Position numbers and translations under genes: made by a program
Notes under the pieces: generated by a model
The model's database searches: none
The model's input: only the letters and a program-made list of their open reading frames with translations
What the model was told of the DNA's origin: nothing
Assembly (NCBI GenBank): GCA_963714275.1
Contig: CAVQNT010000002.1
Coordinates: 256,001-320,000, forward strand
Direction of reading: 5' to 3'
DNA from: Candidatus Bathyarchaeota archaeon
GTDB lineage: Archaea; Thermoproteota; Bathyarchaeia; Bathyarchaeales; DTEX01
Length of the DNA: 64,000 nt
In this document: one piece after another, positions 1 through 10,414 of the stretch
How positions within the stretch are numbered: position 1 is the stretch's first letter
How the letters are laid out: each line of letters starts with the position of its first letter

Positions 1-380
1 CTGAAAATATAATAGCAAAAAATTTATTGCAAGAAAAATATAAATGATAACTCACTGGGAGACCCAAACCTACCTAAATATTGCTCCTTATCACCTCCTT
101 GGCAGCTTGGGCTTCCCGGGCAATTTTCCTCTGCAAAATTTTATAAGTCAACCTTTATAGTATTTCTCAAACTAGAGACGTAAAACTGCTCTCTTAAAAA
201 ATACTTGACTAATTGAAGAGCAATGTTTAGACAATAATTTAATGGCTTCAAAAAAGAGGCTTTTGGTTATAAAATCTCAATTTGGTTTCTTTAACATGTT
301 ATGTTTTCTTCTGTATAATCATTTCTCAAGCTTTTATACTATATCTTTAATTTTGTTTGGTGTTTTAGGTTGGTGGACCC

Positions 381-575
381 TTGATTGATGAGGTTATTAG
401 GCTACTCGAGGATGGAGAGTGGCATAGTTTTTCAGAAATTCAGGAGAAATTAAATCTACCCAAGGATTTGTTTTTTAAAAGTGTACAATTCTTTAAAGAG
501 TTTGATTTAGCGGAATTAGACGAAAAACAGGAAAGAGTAAAAATATCATCCTCTTTTTTAAACCTCACAGTTTAA
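381..575 (+). CDS. small winged-helix/HTH-like protein
   Basis: 64-aa ORF with LEDGEWHSFSEIQEKLNLP, an HTH-like pattern; GGTGG RBS upstream. Confidence 0.5.
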   Translation: MIDEVIRLLEDGEWHSFSEIQEKLNLPKDLFFKSVQFFKEFDLAELDEKQERVKISSSFLNLTV

Positions 576-641
576 AGGTTATGCCAAGGACTCTTGTTAA
601 CTCAGCTAGCCATAGAAGAGAACTCTTACCCTAAGATTTAG

Positions 642-1238
642 ATGATTGAAGAGGCAATAGCAATGAAGGTATTAGGTTACGGTGAAGATTTTCTTACGTT
701 TTGGGCTATTAATAAAAAACTGGATAGGATATTCAATCAACTAAAGGACAAAACTGACCCCGAAGAATGTATTGTCTTCTATCGCCCAAGCTTCGGCAGA
801 AAAGGCGGAACAATACGTGCTGAATTCGGTGAATTTGACGCGATAATAGTAACTCCTAAGACTGCATATCTTGTTGAAAGCAAGTGGGATGGAAGTAATG
901 CATCCTTTAAGGATAATATTCTAAAACTCGAAGAAGTTCAGATCCGTCGTCATAAAATATTCAGATGGTACCATGAGAACTGGAAGAAAGAAAACTGGAC
1001 GGAATTTATCCAGAAGCACGATTATGAATTTAGAAAAGATTTTGGTAAAAACATCGCCCCAGCAGAAGAGCTTGCTCAGCAAAAACCTGCAGACTATTTA
1101 AAAAGAACGCAAAGAAAAGAACTGATCGATGTTCTGCTTTTCTTTCACAGAAGAGAACCACCGAAGATTGAAACAAGCTTTAAGATAGTGACTCTGAAAT
1201 ACAGACTGGCAGATGGTGAATACACCAAGTTAGCATGA
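642..1238 (+). CDS. PD-(D/E)XK nuclease-like hypothetical protein
   Basis: GEFDAII...YLVESKW resembles the D...ExK catalytic motif. Confidence 0.5.
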   Translation: MIEEAIAMKVLGYGEDFLTFWAINKKLDRIFNQLKDKTDPEECIVFYRPSFGRKGGTIRAEFGEFDAIIVTPKTAYLVESKWDGSNASFKDNILKLEEVQIRRHKIFRWYHENWKKENWTEFIQKHDYEFRKDFGKNIAPAEELAQQKPADYLKRTQRKELIDVLLFFHRREPPKIETSFKIVTLKYRLADGEYTKLA

Positions 1239-1285
1239 TGCCACAGGTAACTATTTAGCACATCATCTAAGAACCAGCAGAAGAA

Positions 1286-1652
1286 CCCCCTCTCCCTTTG
1301 TTTTCACGGATTCTTTAAATGGGTTTTATGCTAGCTCTAAAGCCCTTATTGGGTGGGTTTGTTTTGGGTAGGACTGTTCCTTCGTTTCGTATGATGCTTG
1401 AAGGCGAGATTGCTAAATGGAAAGAATTCATGAAGGCTCTTCCAGGCAACTCAGATAAAGAAGCCTTTAAAGAGTTGATGAAACATTGCCGCAGTTACGC
1501 GTCAGGTTGCAGGAGCTGCTGTTAGACCCATCGTATCAGATGCCATGTTCATGTCCATTCTTCTAGCTCACGAAAAAAGAACTGAAGAAAGATCAAGGCT
1601 TCACTAGAAAAACTTAACGATTCATCCAATGATGAACGATAGTTACCGATTG
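1286..1652 (+). repeat. ~365-bp diverged direct repeat, copy A (copy B ~45135-45499)
   Basis: Visible alignment covering upstream region and ORF (ttcacggattcttt...gactgttcc...ccaggcaactcaga...ttaccgattgt). Confidence 0.9.
1364..1642 (+). pseudogene. frameshifted copy of the small alpha-helical protein at 45213 (MGRTVPSFR family)
   Basis: Near-identical to 45213..45518 but with indels near 1505 and 1575-1590; could be sequencing errors. Confidence 0.6.
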
Positions 1653-1713
1653 TATTTTTTCCATCATCAATAAAAGATAAGCCTGATACAAACATTAACA
1701 AGAGGAAACACTT

Positions 1714-2043
1714 ATGCCTAAGAAGGTTTTGTTTGTCTGCACTGGGAATTTTGACCGTTCTCCAACAGCTGAAAACATGTATAAAAATGTTGAGGGCTTA
1801 GAGGTTAAGTCAGCCGGCATTTCGGTTGCCGCACAGAAACCACTTTCAAAGGAGCTTGTGGAATGGGCTGACGCCATATATGCCATGGAAGAACTACACA
1901 AAAAAGTCATTGTTAAGCGTGATCCCTCAGCAAAAAACAAAACAACAGTCTTAGGCATTTCTGACATTTACTATAGAGACCAACCTGAATTGAAAACAAT
2001 CTTAAAACAGAAACTGGATCCCCTTTTAAAACAGCCAAAGTAG
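1714..2043 (+). CDS. low-molecular-weight protein-tyrosine phosphatase family protein
   Basis: VLFVCTGNFDRS P-loop (CX5R), SAG, WADAIYAME. Confidence 0.85.
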   Translation: MPKKVLFVCTGNFDRSPTAENMYKNVEGLEVKSAGISVAAQKPLSKELVEWADAIYAMEELHKKVIVKRDPSAKNKTTVLGISDIYYRDQPELKTILKQKLDPLLKQPK

Positions 2044-2175
2044 TCCAAGCAGTGTAGAAACACCCCATCGTACAAGTGTTAGCGAAACATTGGGATGAAG
2101 AGGATTAACGACAGAAGAATACTTAGTTCAGAAATTCTAATTATGAGCTTTTATTAATTGTATAAGTGATCTCAA

Positions 2176-3531
2176 ATGGTTAAGCTTACGTTCTATGGTG
2201 GAGTCAACGAGATTGGTGGCAACAAAATTCTTTTGGAAGACAGGAAAACCAAGATCATGCTTGATTTTGGGCAATCTTTCACTTTTGGTGCAGACTATTT
2301 TACAAGTTATCTATCAGCTAGAAGCATTAATGGTTTAGGAGACTACTTTGAATTCAATCTTTTGCCAAAAATAAAGGGATTATACTCAAAAGAGCAGTTA
2401 GCCTTCACTGACCTTGCATATGTTGAGCCTAAAATTGATGCGGTTTTTCTTTCTCACGCTCATTTCGACCATATTACTCACATTCATTTTTTGGATCCAG
2501 AAATTCCAATCTATCTGGGTGTTGGCACCAAACTATTTATGGAGTCAATGGGGGAAACCAGTAGTTTCTGGGATTATGGTGAGCATGAATACAACCTGTT
2601 CAGAACAGGAGACAAAATCAAAATTGACAACATAACAGTAGAACCTATCCATGTTGACCATTCCATACCTGCAGCCTATGGTTTCATCATTCACACTTCA
2701 GCTGGACAAGTGGTTTACACTGGGGACTTGAGAAGACATGGACCTAGGAAGGATCTAACTGAAGAGTTTATTGAGAAAGCCAAGGATGCTGAGCCAATTG
2801 CGTTGATTACTGAGGGAACAAGGATGGCAGATACTGAGAAAAGGCAAAACTATTCAGAACCACAAGTGGCAAAGCTCGCCCATGATGTTGTTTCTTCAAC
2901 TGACAAGATGGTTTTCGCGACTCGGTACAGCAGAGACATTGACAGATTCAATAGCTTCTACAAAGTAGCCAAAAAGAACAACAGAAAACTTGTCATTAAT
3001 CCAAAAACTGCCCATTTGCTAACCAAACTCCTAGGCGATGAACATTTGAATGTTCCAGATCCACTTAAAGATGATAATATCGTTGTGTATTATAAACGGA
3101 AGAAGTCTGGAGCTTTTGATGAGTCTGACTATTATCTTTGGGAACGGGAATTCATGGACAAAATCGTAACCCACGATTACGTGAGTAAGAACCAGAAAAA
3201 CTTGATAATGGACTTGGATTTTTCGCAGCTAACAGAACTGGTGGATATTAAGCCTAACCCTGGCAGTCACTTCATACGTAGCATGAGTGAACCGTTCAGT
3301 GAAGAAGATGTCGAGGACTATGTTTTACACAACTGGACAGACCACTTCAAAATGCAATTCCATCAACTGCATGCTTCAGGACACATGGACAAAGACCAGC
3401 TGCTTGAAATGTTGAAGGAAATTCAACCTAAACGAACATTCCCAGTTCACACCGAAAACCAACAACTCTTCAAAAAATATTGCAATAATGTTCAGATGAT
3501 CAAACAAAGGAAAGAATATGTATTGAACTAA
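2176..3531 (+). CDS. metallo-beta-lactamase/beta-CASP hydrolase (RNase J-like)
   Basis: GGVNEIGGN, SHAHFDH, VDHS, YTGD, HASGH, PVH motifs. Confidence 0.85.
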   Translation: MVKLTFYGGVNEIGGNKILLEDRKTKIMLDFGQSFTFGADYFTSYLSARSINGLGDYFEFNLLPKIKGLYSKEQLAFTDLAYVEPKIDAVFLSHAHFDHITHIHFLDPEIPIYLGVGTKLFMESMGETSSFWDYGEHEYNLFRTGDKIKIDNITVEPIHVDHSIPAAYGFIIHTSAGQVVYTGDLRRHGPRKDLTEEFIEKAKDAEPIALITEGTRMADTEKRQNYSEPQVAKLAHDVVSSTDKMVFATRYSRDIDRFNSFYKVAKKNNRKLVINPKTAHLLTKLLGDEHLNVPDPLKDDNIVVYYKRKKSGAFDESDYYLWEREFMDKIVTHDYVSKNQKNLIMDLDFSQLTELVDIKPNPGSHFIRSMSEPFSEEDVEDYVLHNWTDHFKMQFHQLHASGHMDKDQLLEMLKEIQPKRTFPVHTENQQLFKKYCNNVQMIKQRKEYVLN

Positions 3532-3621
3532 GATTCCATGTCAAACTATGTTTCTTACATGATTACTTTTTCCGTAAAAGGAAGTTCCAAAAGCCATAAA
3601 CTGTACCTTTCTTTAAGTGTT

Positions 3622-3939
3622 TTACTTCCTCATCAACTGTTTTACAGTTGTCCAGTATCTGCTCTCACCTCTGTTCAACACTGGGGGAATAATCCAGTAT
3701 TTCATGCCGTCTTCACAAAAGTAATACCTGTAGGTCCACTTCTTATGTTTTCCACTAATTCCGTGTTTCTTGATTATCTCTTGCAGTTTATCGTAGAGTT
3801 CAGGATACTTGTTTCTAATGATGTATTCGTGGTTGTTACCTTGTGTTGACCTGTGCCATTCTGCTTTAGAGAGTTCGTCAATAAGGCTCTGCATTTCAGG
3901 AGAAAGTTTCCGTTTCACTGGCTTCAAAATTTGAGCCAT
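3622..3939 (-). CDS. hypothetical protein
   Basis: 105-aa ORF with GAGG RBS; HEY...YRYY...DGMKYW pattern. Confidence 0.55.
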   Translation of the reverse strand: MAQILKPVKRKLSPEMQSLIDELSKAEWHRSTQGNNHEYIIRNKYPELYDKLQEIIKKHGISGKHKKWTYRYYFCEDGMKYWIIPPVLNRGESRYWTTVKQLMRK

Positions 3940-4124
3940 CCTTTTATTACCTCTTTGGTATAATTTTATATCTATTTTTTAACATATATACTTAATGGTT
4001 ATTCCGTATAGTGTTCTAACTAAAAACCAGCGAAAATCTGAAGAGGCAACAAGAGAATAAAAAACTGTAGCTAACTAATTGGTCTATGAATCTGTTATAG
4101 TAGTCTATTGGCTCAAATAACTAT

Positions 4125-4856
4125 CTAGATTTTCCAGAAAGCCGTGTATCCCCTTCTTTGTTTTTTCATTTCCTTCACTCTTTGTTCTAGGTCAGCTTTG
4201 CCTTTTTCATATTCTTCCTTCTTTATCAAATCATCTTCAAACATCTGCTTCAATAGAATAGGTAGAATTTCGGCAACTGGCGGAGTTATTTGATTAAAAA
4301 ACTCATCGATTTTTTCTTTAGGTATCATAAAAAGATTCTTAGAAGTTTCTTCGACAAAGGATATAAAGTCTGAAAAAATTTCCTTGGCAGACACAAAATC
4401 CGACTGTGCGAAATCCATCGGATTTTTCCATTCACTATTCTTATGGTCGACATATAGACAGCTTTCTCGAACCCTTCTAAATTCATTGACAGCCTCGCCA
4501 AGTTCTTTTATCGATTTTTCTATTTCCTGTCTGGACGGCTTTTTCTTGGGATAGACTAGTTCTCCCCTCTTAAATCTCTGACTTGCGTAGATGCCAAGGG
4601 CGAAGGCTGTTTTAGATTTGTGGTCCATTAAATCCTTTCTTACTTTTTCATCGTATTCAAAAAAACCCACATAAGTCATCGCATAAAAATATGCCTTTGC
4701 AGCTTCCTCCATTGCAGTAAAGTATAGGAAGAAAGCATGGGCAAAACTATTATTCTCTGCCAATATGTCTGCGTCTTGCGTAAGACGATTCACATGATCC
4801 ATACAGATATCTCTGCCTTTTCTAAAATCAATTTGTTTTAGCATGTTCATCCCCAT
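4125..4856 (-). CDS. AbiV-family (HEPN) abortive-infection-like protein
   Basis: AMEEAAKA, DHKSK and RESCLYVD motifs typical of the AbiV family. Confidence 0.7.
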   Translation of the reverse strand: MGMNMLKQIDFRKGRDICMDHVNRLTQDADILAENNSFAHAFFLYFTAMEEAAKAYFYAMTYVGFFEYDEKVRKDLMDHKSKTAFALGIYASQRFKRGELVYPKKKPSRQEIEKSIKELGEAVNEFRRVRESCLYVDHKNSEWKNPMDFAQSDFVSAKEIFSDFISFVEETSKNLFMIPKEKIDEFFNQITPPVAEILPILLKQMFEDDLIKKEEYEKGKADLEQRVKEMKKQRRGYTAFWKI

Positions 4857-5244
4857 TCTTCATAATAACATTACAACATACTACTGGTTACAATCATATA
4901 TCTTATCCACAAGAACCTTGAATGCGAGATATGTTAACAACACGAACGCGCGCTTCATTTCTTCTGTACAAAATTCTTCCGTGAGGTTCCGTAAATAATT
5001 TCGTTCCGCATTTCTTACAATAGAAGGTTTTACCACCGAAAAAAATGTTTTTTACTTCATAACAATTTTTGCATATAGTAAGAGCTAGTGAACTGTAGCC
5101 AGGCTATAAAATTGGCGCATGTGGTACTCTTGGTGCGCGCACATACACATTTCTAACTAAATGATAAAAATCACAAAAATATTTTGTCAAGAACTGTCAA
5201 AAATAAAAAATGTCAATTCGTCAATGTCAAAAATCGCAGGCTCA

Positions 5245-6609
5245 CTAACGTATTTTCATTTTGCATATATTGCCGAGAAATTCTTGGTTCAAGGGTTTAT
5301 TTGGACCAGTGTTTTTCACACTTCTTATCTTTACCTTATAAAATGCTTTTTCGTGCTCTTGAAAATAAGCAGATGTTGTTAGAATAACTGCATTTACTCT
5401 TTTCGTTAGTTTCAGTTTTCCTTTTAATCCGTTTTCAAGAAGCATTAAATCTCTTGCAGACTCCTTCTCGTCCCTGTAAAACCCCATGTTCATTTCGATG
5501 TAGATTATTCCAGGTCCCTCTGTGGGTATCTGAGTATAGGCATGATCAAATGAATTAAGAATACCTTTTATTCGATCAGGTAAGAGCGACGAAACAAACA
5601 CCACAAGACGGGGATTCTTGTGCTTAGGCTCAGGGGCATTAATCGATACGTTATCTCTTTCCAGATAGAGATCTATTACAGGATTTGTCCAATCAAAACT
5701 AAATCCATCCATACTTGGTTTGATGTTTTCATCTGAATGGTGATAAATATCTAGCGTAGGTTCATGCATATTAACATTAAATTCTCGGAGATCGGGCTTA
5801 AAATGACCGTCTATAACATTGTTTAATTTAGGGAATTCTTTCAAAATTATTTGGAATTTATTTGCTGTAAATACCCCGCATTTTGAGTTTTTAATTGAAG
5901 TTTGAATGTATTCTATTAGAAAGTCTTTATCTGCCGTTGTTAGATCTGAATCTGTTTTAACAACAACAGCGTAATTTTTCCCAAGGTTATCTAAAGCCTT
6001 CAGAACATTTACTAAGATTTCATCCCAGAGGTATTGGTTGCGCATGTCTCTTTGTGACTTCTTATCTTTTTGCTTGCATTCAACATAGACTTTCTCTCCA
6101 TCTTTTTCAACGCACATATCTGGCGTCTTCTCTTTTTCTTCCTTAATAAAGCAAACTTGGTATCCTGCTCGCTTGAGAGAAGATGATACTTTTATCTCAT
6201 ATACAGCCTTCTCAAAACTCACAGAATCTGTTAATCTTGTTCTCCACATTTTTCGAGTACTATTTTTTATCTTTCTGCCATCCTTGCTAATCAATGCAAT
6301 AGATTCTATTTCCATTAAATTATTACCAAGATCAAATAACTCCAACAATTCCTTTGTAAAAGAATGGGTTTGCTTTTGAAGGAGACTTTGATAATTAGGA
6401 TAGCCTTTTCGCCACAAAGCAATAAGAGGATTAGGAGTTGGGCTGATCAGATGCCCATATTTCTTAGGTTTATGATCTGTACTTGCTTTCGCTATAATTA
6501 TTGGTTTGTGCTCAGAAACCTTGAAAAATTCTTCCCCAGTAGTAGATACGACCTTTTCTATGGCTAGGCGAATGCTATCTATTGTTATTTTCCATTCCTT
6601 GTAAGTCAT
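5245..6609 (-). CDS. large hypothetical protein with PD-(D/E)XK-like motif
   Basis: YEIKV...EKTPDMCVEKDGEKVYVECKQK; ATG at 6609 taken as start. Confidence 0.55.
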   Translation of the reverse strand: MTYKEWKITIDSIRLAIEKVVSTTGEEFFKVSEHKPIIIAKASTDHKPKKYGHLISPTPNPLIALWRKGYPNYQSLLQKQTHSFTKELLELFDLGNNLMEIESIALISKDGRKIKNSTRKMWRTRLTDSVSFEKAVYEIKVSSSLKRAGYQVCFIKEEKEKTPDMCVEKDGEKVYVECKQKDKKSQRDMRNQYLWDEILVNVLKALDNLGKNYAVVVKTDSDLTTADKDFLIEYIQTSIKNSKCGVFTANKFQIILKEFPKLNNVIDGHFKPDLREFNVNMHEPTLDIYHHSDENIKPSMDGFSFDWTNPVIDLYLERDNVSINAPEPKHKNPRLVVFVSSLLPDRIKGILNSFDHAYTQIPTEGPGIIYIEMNMGFYRDEKESARDLMLLENGLKGKLKLTKRVNAVILTTSAYFQEHEKAFYKVKIRSVKNTGPNKPLNQEFLGNICKMKIR

Positions 6610-6802
6610 AATTTCAATCGACGATGAAATAAAATGTACTTTAACTTTTATATAGCGTGCGCTGGTAGATACAAAAAGAGTCAATTATTCTGATAATTAA
6701 CAAAGCACGCTTTATTGTCTAGTTAGTCTATTTTTTTTTTTAGTTGCTTTTTTGAGAATCTTTCTTCGACATATTCTTTTATTTTTTGAGAAGGCTGGTT
6801 TT

Positions 6803-6839
6803 TAATCTCTTAGCAGTAGCTGTAATCTCTTAGCAGTAG
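6803..6839. repeat. 17-bp tandem duplication (taatctcttagcagtag x2, period 20)
   Basis: Read directly. Confidence 0.9.
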
Positions 6840-6885
6840 TAGATAGAAGAATTTGTCAAACTCTCACACTAGCTGTATTTGCTAG

Positions 6886-7110
6886 TTATATGTCAGCGCG
6901 CGTGTGCTTCACAGAGTTCTTTATTTTTTCAGATATTAGGAAGCCTGCGAGTATAATTGCTCCACCCAATATGTAAACAAGGATTTTTTGATACTGATTT
7001 ATATCAATAGAATATACTGCCAAAATGCCCACTATCACCCCAGCCACAGCTATGGGTAAGTAAGCCTCTGTGATATGACGAGTTTTCATTTTTTGCCACC
7101 TTCCACACAT
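6886..7110 (-). CDS. small 2-TM membrane protein
   Basis: Two hydrophobic segments. Confidence 0.5.
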   Translation of the reverse strand: MCGRWQKMKTRHITEAYLPIAVAGVIVGILAVYSIDINQYQKILVYILGGAIILAGFLISEKIKNSVKHTRADI

Positions 7111-7148
7111 ATTAATATTTAATGGTTAGAGCTCAGTTCACTAGTCGG

Positions 7149-7433
7149 TTAAGGATTCTTTAAAGTTTTGTAGAGAAGATACGGAACCGAAGCTGAAAGA
7201 AACGTTACCGAACCAAAAATAAGAGTACCCCACTCTAAAATTTCAATCACGTCATTGGCAACCCAAATAAAAGGACTAGGAGCAATACTATGATATGGAA
7301 TGTCAATTGGTGTCAAATCAACCTCATAATGTCCAAGAATGTAACTATACATAACCAAAGAAACCACAATATTCCCTAGAAACCACAACATCAACAGCAC
7401 AAATGGCACAACAAAAAACCAACGACTCCTCAA
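7149..7433 (-). CDS. small membrane protein (paralogue of 17361-17755)
   Basis: RWFFVVPF..LMLWF, YILGHYE, IWVAN, YLLYK.LKNP shared with the second copy. Confidence 0.7.
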   Translation of the reverse strand: MRSRWFFVVPFVLLMLWFLGNIVVSLVMYSYILGHYEVDLTPIDIPYHSIAPSPFIWVANDVIEILEWGTLIFGSVTFLSASVPYLLYKTLKNP

Positions 7434-7459
7434 CTACTTTCCCCTTCTTCTCTTCTGTT

Positions 7460-7642
7460 TTAACCACGATGGGTTTTGTTTATTCCAAAAATCATCAGTG
7501 CACCAGCAATAGCTAAAAGAATACCTGCAATGATTATCATTACTATCCCAAAACTGAACGAAAACGCCCCTAAGTACAAAATTAAAAATTCCGCTCCAAT
7601 TATAGCAAGGATTACTCCCACTAAAATTTCTATAAATCCCAT
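7460..7642 (-). CDS. small 2-TM membrane protein
   Basis: Hydrophobic 60-aa ORF with GGAG RBS. Confidence 0.5.
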   Translation of the reverse strand: MGFIEILVGVILAIIGAEFLILYLGAFSFSFGIVMIIIAGILLAIAGALMIFGINKTHRG

Positions 7643-7732
7643 GTTGCTCCCTAAATCAATCTTATAAGAAATGAATACTTTAATCTTTGCTTTTATGAAA
7701 GATACATAGCTAAGCGAGAGAGGTGAATAAGA

Positions 7733-7954
7733 ATGTCAGAAAAAGATTCTGTAGAGTTTAAATGGCTGGATGCTAAACCGATAGGTAATCAAACAGTTGT
7801 ATTCAATTTGGAAGATGGAACGCAAGTAAGGATTAGAGTAGATATAAACAGAGCAGGCGTCGCTATTAACTCCGTCAATCCTGATGGAAGCCCACAATAC
7901 CATTTTGATATAGGTATAGACTCAGCAAATAGTTCCTGCACAAAGAAAGTTTAA
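7733..7954 (+). CDS. hypothetical protein
   Basis: Strong GAGGTGA RBS; 3' end may be frameshifted. Confidence 0.5.
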   Translation: MSEKDSVEFKWLDAKPIGNQTVVFNLEDGTQVRIRVDINRAGVAINSVNPDGSPQYHFDIGIDSANSSCTKKV

Positions 7955-8751
7955 GTTGCCCAAACAACAAATTGGTCTTCCTAAACCAGAAAAAAATATC
8001 ATCGTTTGAGCTAGAAACTGAGGGGGTACTATAGTTATGAAGCATAAATCGATTCAAAATATTGAGTTATACTTCATAAGAGTAATTTCAATAGTTTCAT
8101 AAATATATTCTGCTAGTTAGGAGAGAATTTTATGGAAGTAGGTGAACACGAAATAAATAAAGATAAAAAACTTACAATAAAAGATAAATTATCAATAACA
8201 GCACAGGGCATGTTAATGATGGCATCTGCCTTTGAGGTTTTATGGATATACAAAATTTTTTTGGGATTCTAGCTCACTAGTTTAAAAGTAGTCTGGTAAT
8301 AGTTCCGTATTTCTTTTAATGTTTTGGCTTCTTTGTGTTTTTGTATTATTTTATGTTTGAATGCTTTACAAGAAGTCCATAAGTTTTCTTTTTCGATTTG
8401 TAAAGTGCAGTATCCGTGATAAAACAAACAGTCTCTACAATCTATCATTATCTTTCAGCGTAGAGTAGTTTACAAGAGATAAAAGTGGTCTGTGAAAGCA
8501 GAGAGAGGGGGGCATAGAATCATACTTCAAGTTTCTCTATGGCTTTTTATCATACAGAAAAAGAAGATTAAAGGTACTGAATCCCTATCTATTTTTTTAT
8601 TTATTTTCTCTGCTAAATGGAGTCCGTGACGGTACGGAGTCGCCCTAAGCTGAGCTAAGACAAGAAAGGGCAAGAGAGAATACTTGAATGAAGCCAAAAC
8701 AAGAGACCTCATGAATAGTTTGGATCAGTTCTTTGAAACAACCATAGAAAT

Positions 8752-9238
8752 TTAATTTTTAACTAATTTAAGAATGGATGCTATTAGTTCAATAAGAAAA
8801 TGCCTGACAATATTTCTAACTAATTCATGTTTAACTAAAAAACCTGCAAATGTTGGACTTATTCGATAATACATATCAACGGTTTTTCTTCCAAAATAGG
8901 ATGACATCAGGAGGAAATCTCTAAAATGATAAAATAATGGCAAGTATTCCGTGTCTGATGTACCATAAACTGCTGTAACAATAAAACAGCCTTGTTTACT
9001 TAAATCTACATATCTGTTAGTGGTAACGTTATATAAAATACTGGGTATTTCCCTTCCTTTCTCATCTTTTTTGTAACAAACATATATAATATCTCTCGAA
9101 CGTAAATCTAAATCTGAATTTCCCACATTTATTCTAAATTCATCTTCCCCAGCCTCTGTTATAGTTCTTATTACCCAGTATCCTTGCCTTCCCCTTTTTG
9201 CTGTGTTGCTATATTCTCTTATATTCTCTTGAGGTCAT
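8752..9238 (-). CDS. CFI-box-CTERM domain protein (5' end interrupted by a 10-bp duplication)
   Basis: GCFIVTAVYG...FRD...GR..V..YY..SP..A motif. Confidence 0.75.
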
Positions 9239-9355
9239 CTCGTCTTCTCTTCTTCTCTTCTACTTACTCAGCGCTCTGCACTCTGAACTTTGCACTACTC
9301 TACTCACACAAAATAAAGAACACGAGAAAGAAATAAAAAGCCAGCTATCTTCCAT

Positions 9356-9943
9356 CTAATGCTTTGCGTGCTTACCATAACTTCTCATTCGTCGTTTACC
9401 CAACAGTTTTTCGATTTCTGAACGATTATGATCTCGATCTCTGAATGATCCCCTCTGTAGGTATTTATCAAACTCTTCAACATTAATTTCCTTATCATAG
9501 TATCTAAACAAAGCAATCATAAAAGCATAAGGATCTTTAGCTCTTTCGATAATGGGTACCCACAAATTGGAGTGAATTTCTTTTTTTACTTCCATTACAA
9601 GCATTTCTTTGAATCTCTTATGGCTAACAAAACAATTCTGACCATTGAGGTAGTACACTGGACTCTCAGGCGAATTGGTTTTGGAGGCATTAGAAAAGCG
9701 GTCAATGAGTTCAGAATAATTTTTGCCCTTTTCCATAGATATACAATCACTCATAAGGCATTTTTTACAATGAAAGAAAAGTCTTCCTTTATGTTTTTTC
9801 CAAATTAAAGGATTATTGCAATTTGGGCATGGTGGATTTTTTTGTTCTATTTCTTCAATCCGCTTCTGGATTTTTTGAACATCTTTTTTGGTTTTCCATT
9901 CTTTTTCTTTCTTGAATCTATCTTCTGGACGAGGACGAGGCAT
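9356..9943 (-). CDS. Zn-ribbon-containing hypothetical protein
   Basis: CPNC...CKKC. Confidence 0.6.
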   Translation of the reverse strand: MPRPRPEDRFKKEKEWKTKKDVQKIQKRIEEIEQKNPPCPNCNNPLIWKKHKGRLFFHCKKCLMSDCISMEKGKNYSELIDRFSNASKTNSPESPVYYLNGQNCFVSHKRFKEMLVMEVKKEIHSNLWVPIIERAKDPYAFMIALFRYYDKEINVEEFDKYLQRGSFRDRDHNRSEIEKLLGKRRMRSYGKHAKH

Positions 9944-10179
9944 TATTTGCCCTTCTTTAACAATTAAAATGATTCATTTATTATTTATATTATGGGGTTT
10001 GACAGAAATATATTTTTCATTAGATTTTAAATATGGGTATTCTAAAATCTCTAACTTATTAGATTCCAGTTGAATAAATCTGAAGAGCGTTGACCGTCTT
10101 GAGACATGATAATGAGTCTTTTAATGGCTCAAAAGTGAGAAAAAAAAGTAAACAAATACAAACAGCATAAAAATTTATG

Positions 10180-10200
10180 CAAATCCGACCAGCCCCACCA
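10180..10200 (+). other. tRNA 3'-end fragment (att-like site; tRNA-Pro-like)
   Basis: CAAAT-CCGAC-CAGCCCC-A-CCA = T-loop end, 5-nt T-stem strand, 7-nt acceptor strand, discriminator, CCA; no 5' half of a tRNA upstream. Confidence 0.7.
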
Positions 10201-10414
10201 AAGACTCAAACTTATCTGGGTTTAGGTATGAGGAGAATTCCTGTTTTTAGTGACAAGTCGTTGTTGACAGCTAGCTAGCAGGTCTTTTTTACTCGTTTCT
10301 AAAGGTTATTAGTTGAACGAGTAAAAGCTCATCAAGCTAGCTATTAAATAGTGGGTTTTCAGAGGCTATTCTGTAAAAGCTTTAAATATCCTCTGGAGTT
10401 ACCTTTATTCTAAA

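Noticed and set aside
371-380. tggtggaccc as the reverse complement of a tRNA end
   Set aside because: Only 10 nt and explained as the RBS of the ORF at 381
5185-5232. Cluster of TGTCAA hexamers
   Set aside because: Irregular spacing in AT-rich DNA; cannot separate from chance by eye
8620-8660. TAGCTCAG...CCA on the minus strand suggesting a tRNA
   Set aside because: Too short and cannot be folded as a cloverleaf
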